Positions 42,801 through 59,672 of a DNA stretch of 64,000 bases are shown here, one piece after another. Below the pieces are notes generated by a model, which saw only the letters and a list, made by a program, of their open reading frames with translations, did no database searches and was not told the DNA's origin. The position numbers were made by a program, and so were the translations under genes. Each line of letters starts with the position of its first letter. Within the stretch, counting starts at the first letter, position 1. Source of the stretch: Mobula hypostoma (taxonomy: Eukaryota); the NCBI RefSeq assembly GCF_963921235.1, contig NC_086097.1:86802001-86866000 (forward strand), written 5' to 3'.

Positions 42801-44751
42801 AGGGAGTTTTTTGGAGTTCCATTGCTTTGGAGGAAACAGCAGATTCAAATATTGGTGATAAATACAAGAGTTTGCAGATGCTGGAAGTCTTGAGCACCAC
42901 ACAAAACGTTGGAGGAATTTAGCAAGGCAGGCAGCATCTATTGAGGGTAAATGTTTAGGGCCATGATCCTTCATCAGTACCAATCAATGTTGGTGAAGTG
43001 GTCTGCGGATCTATGCAGATTTACAGCAGCCTCCCTGGTCTTCAAAGTTATTAACTTTACTAATCTTTTACTCGTTTCAAAGCTGAATTGTTTATTGACC
43101 AGAGAAACACCTTTTTTTTCCAGAATTGTATACATTGAAACTCTGATAATCCATGATCCAACTGTTCAGAAATCTCAATGGCTCCGCACCTGGTTCACTG
43201 CACAATATCTGTGAACTCACTTCTAACTTACCGTCTTCTTAGTTCCCTTTAAACGTAACAGGTTTCCTAGAAAAATATGTAATGGTACTCTAATATGTTA
43301 AATAAAGAGAATTAACAAGGTTTGGGGGTAAAGTGGGTAATAAACAATACTATGGAAATTTTGCTTACACCATCAAAGTCTTTCACTTGCCAGATAAATG
43401 GAAATTTTCTTTACTTCCATTTAAAAAGTGCATCGATGATACAGTTGTCTCAATAGAACAAATGAAATGGAAATTATGTAATCTTCAGAATTGGGTGGTT
43501 GGATGTAAAGGCTAAACGGTTTAAAGCAGTAAAATGCTTGCATTGTGTGCGTTATTTTAAACTGTTAATTGACGGTTTGGGGAAAAAAATCACTTGCATA
43601 TCTTGGCCTTTATCTGTATTATAATCTATTTCAATACTCTGAGAAACAAAAAAAATATAAGAGTTCTTGACGCTAGTGATTTTCATCCATAACTGCTCTG
43701 TGAATGACTAACCTTTTTCTTTCAAACGCAAACGTTATTTATAATAAAATAAATGCAAGTACAAAAGAAAAAGAAGCACACATCGTGAATGACTGTTTAC
43801 ATTTAAAATGCTTAGTTTATACAATCATAGTGTGGACAACAAATAATTTATGTAAAAGTAACATTTCAGTGCAGAACAGAAGAATGCTGTGTGATGGAAA
43901 TTGGTACGTCTGAGATGTAACATTGAATTGTGGTCTCATCTGCTAGCTTGGAATAGTAAATAATGTTCCCACAAGGAAGCCCTTTCATCGTTCAGGCAAA
44001 CAATTATCTTTGCTCTGAAAACACTGAAACAGATTATCTGGATGTTTATACAGCTTGTGGAATTTTGTATTGCTCAATTCACAATGTTTCCTACATTACA
44101 TTGCAACAATGACTACACAAGCACTAAATTAGCTGTGAATCATTTTGGGACACACTGAGATTGTGAGAAATGTTTTTTAAATCTAATTTCTTGTTAATTT
44201 GTGTCTTTTGTTCTCCACCTTTCTTCCTTCATTTGTTTCTGTGAGAAAGTCATGCCCTCGTTTTCTCCTGACTTCCAGATGAAAACTGGCCAATTATTAG
44301 AACAGAATAGTACAGCACAGTACAGGCCCTTCAGCCCACAATGTTGTGCTGACCCTGAAACCCTGCCTCCCATATCACCCCCCCCCCAATTATCTGAAAT
44401 CAAGACAGCTAAAACTGATAGATAGCTATATAAGTTTTCTACTCCTCAGTTCTGATTGTCTAAGAGTTTATGGATACTATACTATTCTATCTGGAAGTCC
44501 CAGCTGAGGTGTGGTTACAACATATCATTAATTTGTAGAGCAGACTTTGCCATCCAAACTCTTGCAATGAAACCATTTGCAATTTTAGACTGAAGGAAAA
44601 GCACAGAGGGGAGAAATTGCAGTAGAGGCTTTGAGAAATGAGTGATGGATGACCCCACAGATGGAATTAATATCAAAGATATACTGTGACATGAGAAATA
44701 ACCTATACTGTGATGTCAGGAAATACTCTTTTACCGTTATGTTTGTTTTGA

Positions 44752-44913
<162 letters not shown>

Positions 44914-46224
44914 TAAATGATTTTCAAATATTTGTCTTTCTTTGTGAGATGTAAAGATTCTATTTGATATCCCTCCACGAAGGCCCATCTAGTTTCTGGT
45001 AATGTGTTCCCTTCTGAAGGGCATCAGTATAGTACACTATTTGTTTTAATTCAACAGTCTGCCTAGTTCCATGATATTCTGCTCATGAGTGGCCTCAAAA
45101 TATTCAGTGATTTAATTCTGTTTAATGATTTGTAACAATGAAGTTTGAGCTTGGAGACCTTAAGATGATATCACACTTCGTAATTGCTAGTTTTTTAGTC
45201 TGCTTCCACGGGGTGCGGGCGGTGGGGCGGGCAACCTGAATTTCATCTGTGTCATTACTGGCCTTTGTAGGTTGTTCCTGTCACAAGCCCTGACCCAGAA
45301 GGTGTCCAGTTGAAGTGACTGACTTTTAGTAGAATACAGTTTGACAAGTATAGTTTTCCATTAGTTATTATGCCTATAGCAACAACATCTCCATTTTCAA
45401 ATAGAGAGGTGGGGAACTTCATGTTACATTGGGCTACCACCCTACGTTTTTATGGGCATCTTTTCCCTGTAAGTTCTTAATTATCCACCACTATTTATTC
45501 AAGATTAAAAGAACATTTATTATCCAAAGTGTATAGATTAAACACCTTAAAACTTGTCTGCTTATGGGCAGCCACAAAGCAAGAAACTATGCAGTGGAAT
45601 TGAGAATTTTGCCGCTGGGTCATGGGATCACTTCACTTGGTTTAAATCATACTGAATTAGTTATTTGGAAAAGATGTAGTCCTCAGAGTGGTATTTTAAT
45701 TTTATGATCACCTGGTGCTACTGTCCTACACAAGTCAATGAACAAGTGTAGCTTGATAATAGCAGAATAGGGAATATACCGTATGTACTTGCGTATGAGG
45801 TACAAGTAGGCCCTTTGGCCTCCAGAACTCACTTTGCTATTTAATAACCTTGTCTCTGCATTTCCGTGAATCATGGTAAACATTCACGTCATTGTTTATC
45901 AAGTATCTGCCACTGTCTTAATAATATTCAGACTGTGCTTCAATCATCTTTTCCAAAGATGTATAATATTCAGAAAGAAAAAAACAAATCACCTCGTGTG
46001 TTTTAAATATTGATCCCCAATTTTGGATTCTCAAACTAGGGAAAGTAACCTTTCCACATCCATCCTATCAACATCTCTCAAGATGCTTTATGTTTTTAAA
46101 GTGTCCTCTCGCTTTCCTAGACTCCAGTGGTTAGAAACCTAGCCTGTCCAACCTTTTCTTATAAGACAACTTGCCCTGTCAGGTGTTAATCCAATAAACC
46201 TACATTTATTTTTGTTTCCTTTAG

Positions 46225-46380
<156 letters not shown>

Positions 46381-47002
46381 TGACTAGGATTGCTAGAATC
46401 CTATTAGCAAAGAATCAGGAGAAAAATGTTCTGTGGAATGGTCTCTATTCTGCTCATGAGAATTCTATGCTTATGAGGCATTAATTTATTCCTGTTGTGC
46501 TCTAATTAGTCACTTGAGAAAAAAAAAATTGAGATCTGATGGATTGAAGGTCAGGATTAAAACTGAAATCAGAGAATTTGCTATATAATACAAAAGCATT
46601 TAGTTACTCAACAGATGCAGAGTTTACCTCAAAATTTAATATTTAGGAAAATACACTAGAATGTATATTTTTAAAAAAACAATACTGCAGTAATCTATAA
46701 AGTACAATGGAATTGCAGAGTACTTCATATTTGGGTATGAAACAAATTTAATAAAAATTATTTAAGTTTTGAAATAACAATATAGCAATTGTAATTCTTA
46801 ACCAAGTGCGCATTGTTAACAAACAAGTCAGGGTCTATGGATGTGTCACAAACTCTAAATTTTCAGAATTTGCTGGGTAATTAATACTGCTTTGCCAAAT
46901 GCTTCACATAAATGGTATTTTGTTCAGCATGCTTTTCTTCCAAGATTTGACGATATTCACATTTGTTGCCAATTATCTACATTCTGTCCACTGTCTTTGT
47001 TA

Positions 47003-47435
47003 ATAAGACCATAAGACATTGGAGCAGAATTAGGCCATTTGGCCCATTGAGTCTGCTCCGCCACTCAGTCATGGTTGATCCTTTTTTTTTCCTTTCCCCA
47101 GCCCCACTCCCTGATCTTCTCCCAGTAACGTTTGATGCTACATCCAATCAAGAACCTATCAAGCTCTGCCTTAAATACACCCAATGATCTGGCCTTCACG
47201 GCTACCTGTAGTAATAAACTCCACAAGTTCACCACCCTCTGGCAAAAAAAAATACGCTGCAGCTCTGTTTTAAATAGATGCTCCTCTATCCTGAGGCTGT
47301 GTCGTCTTGTCCTAGACTCCCCCACCATGGGAAACATCCTTTCTACATCTACCATGGCTAGGCCTTTCAACATTCGAAAGGCTTCAATGAGATCCCCCCT
47401 CATCCTTCTAAATTCCAGCCAGTACAGACCCAGAG
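47003..47435 (-). mobile_element. CR1 3' fragment
   Basis: ORF 47065..47403 MRGDLIEAF...RVVNLW; (TCTTATGG)-type tail. Confidence 0.85.
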
Positions 47436-47834
47436 ATTGGACAATTTAATCTGTGGAGTATCATTGCTTCAAGTTATAAATTGTTCTTAATTTTTGTGTG
47501 TCTCTATTAAATTAAGATAGCAGGAGAATGCCAATTGAATATTAACTAATACTAAAAATATTTGTTATGAATGTTTAAGTTATTAAACATTTTTATGAAT
47601 TCCTATAAATTCCTATGAATTCCTATATTTTATGAAAACCTATAAACTTTTCAGGGAAAAAAACTAAGTGATGGAAACTCAAGCAAGGTCTGTAGAAAAA
47701 GAAAATTTGTTTCAAAATCAATGTTCTTTCATTAGGTCTGGAAAAAAATTAAATTAAATCATGTTCCACCCTTTTTCAACTCTGCCCTTTGTTTTGTTTT
47801 CTTTTCTCATCATAACAGAATACTTGTTTCTTCT

Positions 47835-47870
47835 GGTTCTGATGAGGGTCAATGACCTGAAATGTTAGCT
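47835..47870 (+). ncRNA. Variant minimal hammerhead motif
   Basis: GGUU CUGAUGA GGGUC AAU GACCU GAAA UG UU AGCU. Confidence 0.55.
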
Positions 47871-47984
47871 CTGTTTTTCTTGCGAGTGTTATCTGACCTG
47901 CCAAGGTTCTCTACAAGTTCTAGTGTTTGTTCCTGCAAAATACGAACCCCTTTTGGTTCTGTGTACCAAAAATGCAATGGCTGT

Positions 47985-48839
47985 TGTTACGTACCCCGTA
48001 ACTGGGTTGCCAAACCAGCAGAAATGGATCACTCAGTTGGAGTCTGGAGTACTAGAACTAAGAAAGTTTTATTAAAGAAACAAGCAACACAGTAATCGAA
48101 AGGATAATAAATGCAACAGTTCAGTGATGATAAACACACATGTGCACAGAAGTAAGATAACAGCATCAGTCAAGCTCTATCGTTGTCTAGGGGTAAATGA
48201 CCAATTTCAAAATGACTCAAAGTTCAGTCCAGTTAGTAGTGCACAGTAATCGTTGCCATGGCGATGGACAAGGTGGGGGAAGAGAGACATAGAATAGGAA
48301 CAACTCATCATTCAGCACAGCTTCACTCACAGACCAGCGAGATTGCTCACGAGCAACTTTTGGGCAGGTCCTTGGTGATGTCACCTGAGGTCACCGACTG
48401 TGACCCCTCCTCCAGATGCGGTCGATCCTCTGCAGTGAACCCGGCACCCAGGCAAGGGCGGACACACACCGGGTTCCCGCTGATCGTACCTTTCCACCCT
48501 TGTCGTTGTCTGGTACTTCTCATCCACTCGTGAGAGGCGCACCGCTTCCAGGGTCTCGTTACCTCGGGTGGCGTGTGTGTCCTCTCTTAGCGAACCTGTC
48601 CCTTTTTATCCCCCTGCTGGGGTATCGCCTGTCCATCACTTCAAACAGTTCAGGGTTCAAAGGGGGGAGCCGCTCCAGACAGCTCTCTCTCCCACATCCC
48701 TTCATTACACATCTCCAGACGCTGCTCCATTGTTCCTTATCTCTCCTTCCCCTGAGGGCAGGTGGCAGACCAACTGCTGATGCCACTGATGCTAGCCCAG
48801 GCCAGCAAACATCTTAATTTTATGTGTATTCTCGTAACA
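47985..48839 (-). mobile_element. Solo LTR (Gypsy-like)
   Basis: Perfect TGTTACG...CGTAACA termini; 4-bp TSD CTGT. Confidence 0.9.
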
Positions 48840-48873
48840 CTGTGTCGAATAAACCTACTAGTAATACCATTAA

Positions 48874-49164
<291 letters not shown>

Positions 49165-49666
49165 TAAAAGCAACAATGAATTGTGACTGTTTTTTTAAAA
49201 AAAAGGGTGGGATGAACCATTCATAAATTTAACTAGATATTGTCAAAAGTTACCTGGGATTAAAGTCAATACAGCATTTACTAAGATAGTGAAATCTAGT
49301 GTTGTGACTAGTACCATTTTTAGGGAGGTGAAGTTTGAAATAATAGTGTTCTTTAAGAGACTAAAGTGGCAACATTATATATTGTGTGAAGCAGCATACA
49401 AAATCCACTGCAAAAGTAATATTAAGAAAACATTTCTAACTGCTTGTCCTGTCTTCATCTTGTTTCAGAATATTCAATGTATTAAAAATCCATTAATCAT
49501 TATATATTAATTATCAAGTAATTAAGTAGTATTATTTAAAAAGCATTTGGATAGATACATGGAGAGACATGGCTTGGACAATTATAGTTCAAACGCAGGA
49601 ATTTGGGACTAGTTGAGTGGGCACTTTAGTCGGCGTGGACTCATTGGGCCTAAGGGCTTGTATCCA

Positions 49667-51273
49667 CAGTGCCTATAAAAAATATTCACCCCCCCCCCAG
49701 AAGTTTTCATGTTTTATTGTTTTACAACATTGAATCACAGTGGATTTAAGTTGACTTTTTTTTTGACACTGACTAACAGAAGAAGACTCTTTCATGTCAA
49801 AGTGAAAACCGATCTCTACAAAATGATCTAAATTAAGTATAAATATAAAACACAAAATAATTGATTGCTTGAGTATTCACCCCTTTTAATATGACACAAC
49901 AAATCATCACTGGTGTAGCCAATTGGTTTTAGAAGTCACATTTAGTTAAATTGGGATCAATTGGTGTGCAGTCAAGGTGTTTCAATTGATTGTAGTAAAA
50001 ATACACCTGTATCTAGAAGATCCAACTGCTGGTGAGTCAGTATCCTGGCAAAAACTACAACATGAAGACAAAAGAACACTCCAAGCATTCTGCAAAAAGG
50101 TTCTTGAAAAGCACAAGTAGCAGATGGATACAAGAAAATTCCCAAGTCAGCTGTACCCTTGGAGTACAGTTAAATCAATCATCAAGAAATGAATATGGCG
50201 CAGCTGTAAGTCTACCTAGAGCAGGCAGTCCTCAAAAACTGAGTGACCATGCAAGAAGGGGATTAGTGAGGGAGTCCACCAAAAGGCCTTATGGAGGAGA
50301 TGCAAGCTTCAGTGGGTGAGATGGGAGAGCCTGCACATGCAACAACTGTTGCCCGGGTGCTTCACCAGTCACAACTTTATGGGAGAGTGGCAAAGAGAAA
50401 GTCACTGTTGGGGAAAAAAAAAATTCACATGAAGTCTTGGCTAGAGTTTGCCAGAAGGCATGTGGGAGACTCTGAAGTCAGTTGGAAGAAGGTCCTATGA
50501 TCTGATGAAACCAAAATTCAGCTTCTTGGCCATCGGACTAAACGGTATGTTTGGCATAGGCCCAACACCACACCTAATCAAAAACCACACCATCCCTACT
50601 GTGGAGCATTGTGGTGGCTGTATCATGCTTTGGGGATGCTTCACTGCAGCAGGGCCTAGAAGGCTTGTGAAGGTAGAGGGTACAATGAATGCAGCAAAAT
50701 ACAGGGAAATCCTGGAGGAAAGCTTGCTGCAATCTGCATGAGAACTGCAACTTGGGAAAAGATTTGTTTTCCAGCAAGACAATGACCCCAAGCATAAAGC
50801 CAAAGCTACATAAGAATGGCTTAAAACAATAAAGTTAATGTCCTGGAGTGGCCAATTCAAAGTCCAGACCTCAATCCAATTGAGAATTTGTGGTTGGACC
50901 TGAAATGATCCCTAAGTAATCTGACAGAGCTTGAGCAGTTTTATAACGAAGAATGGAGAAAAGTTGCAGTGTCCAGGTGTGCAAATCTGATAGAGATCTA
51001 TTCACACAGACTCATGGATGTAATTGCTGCCAAAGGTGTATCTACTAAATACTGATTTGAAGGGAGTGAGTAATTATGCAATCAATTATTTGGGGTTTAA
51101 TAACTGTAATAAATTTAGACTAATTTGTAGAAATTTGTTTTACCTTTGACACAAAAGAGTCTTTTCTGTTGATCAGTGTCAAAAAAGCCAAAGTAAATCC
51201 ACTGTGATTCAATGCTGTAAAGCAATAAAACATGAAAACTAACAAGGAAGGTGAATACTTTTTATAGGCACTG
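49667..51273 (+). mobile_element. Tc1 DNA transposon, full length, defective transposase
   Basis: ~220-bp TIRs starting CAGTGCCTATAAAA with inner repeat TATTCACCC; 3' TA; transposase ~50062-51055 with SDETK, FQQDNDPKH, WPIQSPDLNPIENLW; stops and frameshifts. Confidence 0.93.
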
Positions 51274-51433
51274 TATGCTGCATTTCTGTCATGAACTCAA
51301 AAATGTATGCTGCATATTGGTAAAACGTTGTGGTCGTAATGTTCAGTGATAGTCCAATCATTGCCAGTAGAAATACTCCTGATTATTAATGTTATGTGTG
51401 CTTTAGATATATTATAAAGCATCTACAGAGTGA

Positions 51434-51661
<228 letters not shown>

Positions 51662-51929
51662 TAAGGTGTTTCTCTTTATCATTCTCTACATCACTGATTT
51701 TATTACTTTACAGTTTTGTGTTGTATATTACTTCTGGCAGAGCCAGTAGTTCACTCTATTTAAAGCTCCTTAGTCAGGAACTTCATGGAAATGACTGTTA
51801 GGGTTCCTGCCAGAAAATTTGTGCTGATTATGTTTTGGTAACATCTCCTTCTATCAATTGGGGAATGTTTTCGCTCTGTTTGTCTTGATTACCCCATGGT
51901 TATTCAATGATATTAAATAGCTATTTGGT

Positions 51930-52400
51930 CAAAAGTTCAAAGTAAATTTATTATCAAAGTACATATATGTCACCATATACAACCCTGAGAAATATTTTCT
52001 TGTGGGCATTCACAGTAAATAGAATCAATGAAAGACTGCACCTAGCAAGACGGACAAACAACCAATGTGCAGAAGGAAACAAACTATAAAAATGCAAAAA
52101 GAAAGAAAATAAATCATTATAATAATAAATAAACAATAAATATCAAGAACATGAGATGAAAATTCCTTGCAAGTGAGTCCATAGATAGTGGGTACAGTTC
52201 AGCGATGGGGCGAGTGAAGTTGAGTGAAGTTATCCCCTGTGGTTCAAGACCCTGATGGTTGAGGAGTAATAACTATTCCTGAACCAGGTGGTGTAGTCCT
52301 GAGGCTCCCCTACCACCTTGCTGATGGGAGCAGTGAGAAGAGAGCATGGTCTGGATGGTGGAGGTCCTTGATGAAGTATGCTGCTTTCCTGCGACCAGCA
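51930..52400 (-). mobile_element. Rex1-type LINE 3' tail
   Basis: Homologous to 61665-62160 (+); ACTTTGA-type tail. Confidence 0.7.
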
Positions 52401-52854
52401 AATAGCTATAATTCTGCAATCATAGTATTTTTGTAATGTTTCTGGTGTATTATAAGTTACTTCCATGATGTTACTGATGGGCTGGTTTTTAGTGTAATGC
52501 AGTATGTGATAGGTTTGCTCATACTGTAAACTTCGATGTGAAATCTGACTGTGCCTAGATTTCCAGCTTCCAATATTTGCAGCCATTTAATAATTTAACA
52601 CTTTCAGTGTGGAACTGCAATGGAATATGTTTGTATTTCTTCTAGAATGAGATTCTTTGATCTGATTAACATAAATAATTTCAAATTGGCAGCAAAGAGT
52701 GACTGGAAAATTGGATTTAGTTCATAGATGTGCAAAACGTTCAAATATTGATTTGTTGATTGTTATATAAAGAAAAATTACAATCTGTATTTGAATAGAA
52801 TTCGCAAAGTATTCCATTTATTTTGAAATCATATTAATGTTTTGTTTTGCGTAG

Positions 52855-53106
<252 letters not shown>

Positions 53107-53299
53107 TAAGAGAACAAAATATAATTGCTCAGTGTAACACAAAATAGTAATTTTCAAGCATTGACTTGAAACAAAGCAGCATTCAGAGAGGTGGTGGTGG
53201 TACACAGTTCAGTTATTTTGGTATTCCTTGTATCATAGATAATAGGATAAAAGAGATACTTGTAATGATCTGCTGTGTCTCGTGTATCTGAACTATTTA

Positions 53300-55120
53300 C
53301 AGTTACAAGAAAAAGTTTGTGAATCACTTACAGATACCTGGTTTTCTGCATTAATTACTCATAAAATGTGGTCTGATTGTCATCTAAGTCAAAATAATAG
53401 ACAAACACAATCTGCTTAAACTAATCACAAACAAGAGAAAATCTGCAGATGCTAGAAATCCAAGCAACACACACAAAATGCTGGAGGAACTCAGCAGACC
53501 AGGCAGCATCATTTCTGGCTGAGACCCTTTGGCAGGACTGAAGAAAAAAAGCTGAGGAGTAAATTTAAAATGTTGGGGAGGGGAGAGAGAAACACAAATT
53601 GATAGGTGAAACCGGATGGGGCAGGGATGAAGTAAAGAGCTGGGAAGTTGGTGAAAGAGATGCAGGGCTGGAGAAGGGGGAGTCCGATAAGAGGGAACAG
53701 AAGGCCAGGAAACAAAGAAAAGGGGAGGAGCACCAGAGGGAAGCAATGGGCAGGCAAGGAGGAGAGGGGGAAAAAGGGATGGGAAATGGTGAAGGAGGGG
53801 ATCGGGGGTTGCTACTTGAAGTTCGAAAAGTCAATGTTCATGCCATCAGGTTGGAGGCGACCCAGACGAAATATAAGGTGTTGTTCCTCCAACTTGAGTG
53901 TGGCCTTATCACGACAGTAGTGGAGGCCATGGATTGACATATCAGAATGGGAATGGGAAGTGGAATTGAAATTGGTGGCCACTGGGAGATCCCACTTCTT
54001 CTGGCGGATGGAGCATAGGTGATTGGCGAAACAGTCTCCCAATCTACGTTGGGCCTCACCAATATACAGGAGGCCACACTGGGAGCAGTGGACACAGTAT
54101 ATGATACCAACAGACTCACAGGTGAAGTGTCACCTCACCTGGAAGGACTGTTTGTGGCCTTGAATGGTAGTGAGGGAGGATGTGCCAGGAGGGAGATCAG
54201 TGGGGAGGGACGAATGGACAAGGGAGCGATCCCTGCGGAAAGCAGAAAGTCAGTGGGGGGGTGGGAGGGAAAGATGTGCTTGGTGGTGGGATTCCGTTGG
54301 AGGTGGTGGAAGTTGCAGAGAATTGTGTGATGGACGTGGAGGCTGGTGGGGTGGTAGGTGAGGACAAGAGGAATCCTATCCCTGGTAGGTGGCAGGAGGA
54401 TGGGGTAAAAGTAGGCGTACATGAAATGGAAGAGATCTGATTGAGGTCAGCGTTGATAGTGGAGGAAGGGATACATGAAATGAAAGAGATGCTCCACCAT
54501 CAACAACCCTGCCTGCCTCCGCATCCAGCACATAATTCTCCACAACTTCCATCATCTCCAACGGGATCCCACACCTCGGTAGAGAAGCAGCAGTACTGAA
54601 TTTACTCCAGTTGTAGACAATTTATCTTACTGTGGACTGATGAACACTCGGGTCTTTAGAAATGATGTTGTAGCCTTTTCTGCTTCATGTACCTCTACAA
54701 TACTTCTTCTAAGGTCCTCTGAAGTTGTTTTGATCAAGGCATGATGCACATAAACAGATCTTTCTGGAGAAGGGCAGGCTCTAAGAGTAACCTGACTTTG
54801 TGTGTCTTTTTTATAGGGCAGGGCACCTCTACAACCCACATCTTTAATCGCTTCTCATTAATTGCAACACCTGACTCCAAATAACTTTTGTAGAAGGCAT
54901 TACCCCAGAGGTTCACATACTTTTTTGAACCAAGACTGTCATTGTTTAAATTGTGTACTCAATATTGATGAGAAGAAGTACAATTGTCTGGGTGTTATTA
55001 GTTTAGGCAGATTGTGTTTGTTTATTATTGTGACAGATGAAGATCAGATCACTTTTTATGAGTAATTAATGCAGAAAACCAGGTAATTGTAAAGGGCTCA
55101 TAACCTATTTCTTGCAACTG
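53300..55120 (-). mobile_element. Second Tc1 family element, internally deleted and interrupted by a PLE
   Basis: TA|CAGTTACAAGAAAA...TTTCTTGCAACTG termini; transposase N-terminus (SEDLRRSIVEVHEA) on minus strand ~54580-54742. Confidence 0.82.
53424..54575 (-). mobile_element. Penelope-like element
   Basis: ORF 53812..54042 (PVATNFNS...RLGRLQPDGMNIDF); terminal repeat; inverted piece ~54500-54575. Confidence 0.85.
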
Positions 55121-55527
55121 CAAAGAAGATTGCTTTTGCATAAGCAATCTCAGTGAAGAGGACAGCTAAGTATATACTGCAGATCAGATTCACGGATTAA
55201 ATAAGTGTAAATTGGAGTGGGTAACTTAAATGTAAAAGTATTGGATTAAGGAAGAATAGAACAGGACAGAGCAGCAAGGATTTTAAGATGGTTTTCCAAA
55301 TATTCATTTCACTTCTTTAAAATTTTCAACAACAAAGTAATACTGAAGGAATTAGATTGACATAATAATTGATCTGCAATTTCAGGTATGTTCATTGAAA
55401 ATAATTAATACTGTTGAAAGGATATTGGTAATGAAATAGCTTACAGCAGTGAATTTAGTTTGGACAGAGGGAATAATTTTATCTATTTGGTACATATCAG
55501 TGGTAAGACATGCAACAAAAAGGTCTT

Positions 55528-56034
55528 TTATGAAGCAAGCCTTAAAACACCATTACTGTGGATGTAAAAAGTCCAATACTTGAATCAGAAGTTGTTTTAG
55601 ATATGCATTAACTGGGCACTGTCCTCAGCTGAAGTAAATAACTCCAACTGCAGCTGAACAGTTTCCTTCATCTCCTTCCCACCCTTCTCTTTGACCTTAT
55701 GAAGCAAGCCTTAAAACACCATTACTGTGGATGTAAAAAGTCCAATACTTGAATCAGAAGTTGTTTTAGATATGCATTAACTGGGCACTGTCCTCAGCTG
55801 AAGTAAATAACTCCAACTGCAGCTGAACAGTTTCCTTCATCTCCTTCCCACCCTTCTCTTTGACCTTATGAAGCAAGCCTTAAAACACCATTACTGTGGA
55901 TGTAAAAAGTCCAATACTTGAATCAGAAGTTGTTTTAGATATGCATTAACTGGGCACTGTCCTCAGCTGAAGTAAATAACTCCAACTGCAGCTGAACAGT
56001 TTCCTTCATCTCCTTCCCACCCTTCTCTTTGACC
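55528..56034. repeat. Tandem repeat, 3 x 169 bp
   Basis: Units start at 55528, 55697 and 55866; no differences seen by eye. Confidence 0.95.
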
Positions 56035-56453
56035 CTTCATCATAAAACCTGAAATAGATATGGTCTAACTTGATGAGTATTTCCAACTTTTTCCATTTTT
56101 ATTTCAGAGATTTTGTTTCTGCTACTTTAGTAGGGTTAATGGTGTTGGCTTTGACCTAACAATTTTTCTCTTGATCCTGTTTTGTTGCATCATAAAGTCA
56201 TATAAGCCTCTTCTATTAGCTAATGAGCTGTGATAGAGAAAATTACTGCCTGTTTAAAATACTGAAATATATATTACTATACATAGAAGATCTGCATTAT
56301 TTTTATATAGAATTTGCAGCCTTTTATGCTAATAATAACTTGTGTTATAAGGAACAATACCTTCTAGATTATTTAGAATCATCTGTTTATATGAATCAGA
56401 AGTTTTCTCAACATTTACAGATGTAGTGTGATATAATAGGGGATAATATACAG

Positions 56454-57184
56454 CAGGGGTTCCCAACCTTTTTTGCACTGCGGACCAGTTTAATATTGAC
56501 AATATTCTTGCGGACCGGCCGACCGGTGGGGGTGGGGGGGGGGTGTTCAAGTAGGGTTAAGCTCACCTCAACATGTCTTTTACAGTTAGGATTGCCAACT
56601 TTCTCACTCCCCAATAAGGGACAAAAGTAGCAGTCAAATCCCGGGACACTTTACCCCAGGAAAGACTACCATGAAGCCTTGCGCGGGCACCTGTGTGCGC
56701 ATGCACGTACGTGCCGATTTTTTCCCCACATATCGGTTTTGCCTTCATCTTCCCGACTATACTGTACATACCTTATTTCTACTTTGTATAGGCTGTGTAT
56801 TTATCATATAATTCCTGCTTTTTCTATATGTTAGTATTATTTATTTTTGGTTTTATGTGTTATTTGGTATGATTTGGTAGGTAATTTTCTGGGTCTGGGA
56901 ACGCTCAAAAAATTTTCCCATATAAATGAATGGTAATTGCTTCTTCGCTTCACGCCATTTCGGCACGAAAGGTTTCATAGGAACGCTCTACCTTAGCGGG
57001 GGAAATACAGAACAAGGGCGGTCCCATATGGGACAAACCAATTTAGCCCAATATACGGGATGTCCCGACCAATACGGGACAGTTGGCAACCCTATGTTCA
57101 AGTTCAACAGTGCATGACAGGGAATGAGGAAAGGTGCAGCTGACTCATATCGTTTCCTCACGGCCCGGTGGTTGGGGACCGCTG
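56454..57184. mobile_element. Non-autonomous hAT (Charlie-like) element, composite
   Basis: TIR CAGGGGTTCCCAACC / GGTTGGGGACCGCTG; 8-bp TSD ATATACAG. Confidence 0.88.
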
Positions 57185-57457
57185 ATATACAGTATCTCAA
57201 TGATTCTGGTACATTTTGGAACATATTAAAAATGTATTCTTTCACAATTCTAAATGATTTGCACTAAATGATGTCACCAGAACACTGTGACCAGCAAACA
57301 CTTATTTGTCAGCACAGTACTGGATACCATTCTAGTATGGAACACAGGTTTACACATTGTACTCAATTTATATATGAAACAAATACACAGTATTTTGATG
57401 GTGAGTGATTTGAAATCAAAGGCTGAAATATGTTTAATATTTTCAATTTTGTTTTAG

Positions 57458-59672
<2,215 letters not shown>

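Noticed and set aside
55528..56034. CRISPR-like array
   Set aside because: Head-to-tail units without spacers, in eukaryotic DNA, with no cas genes
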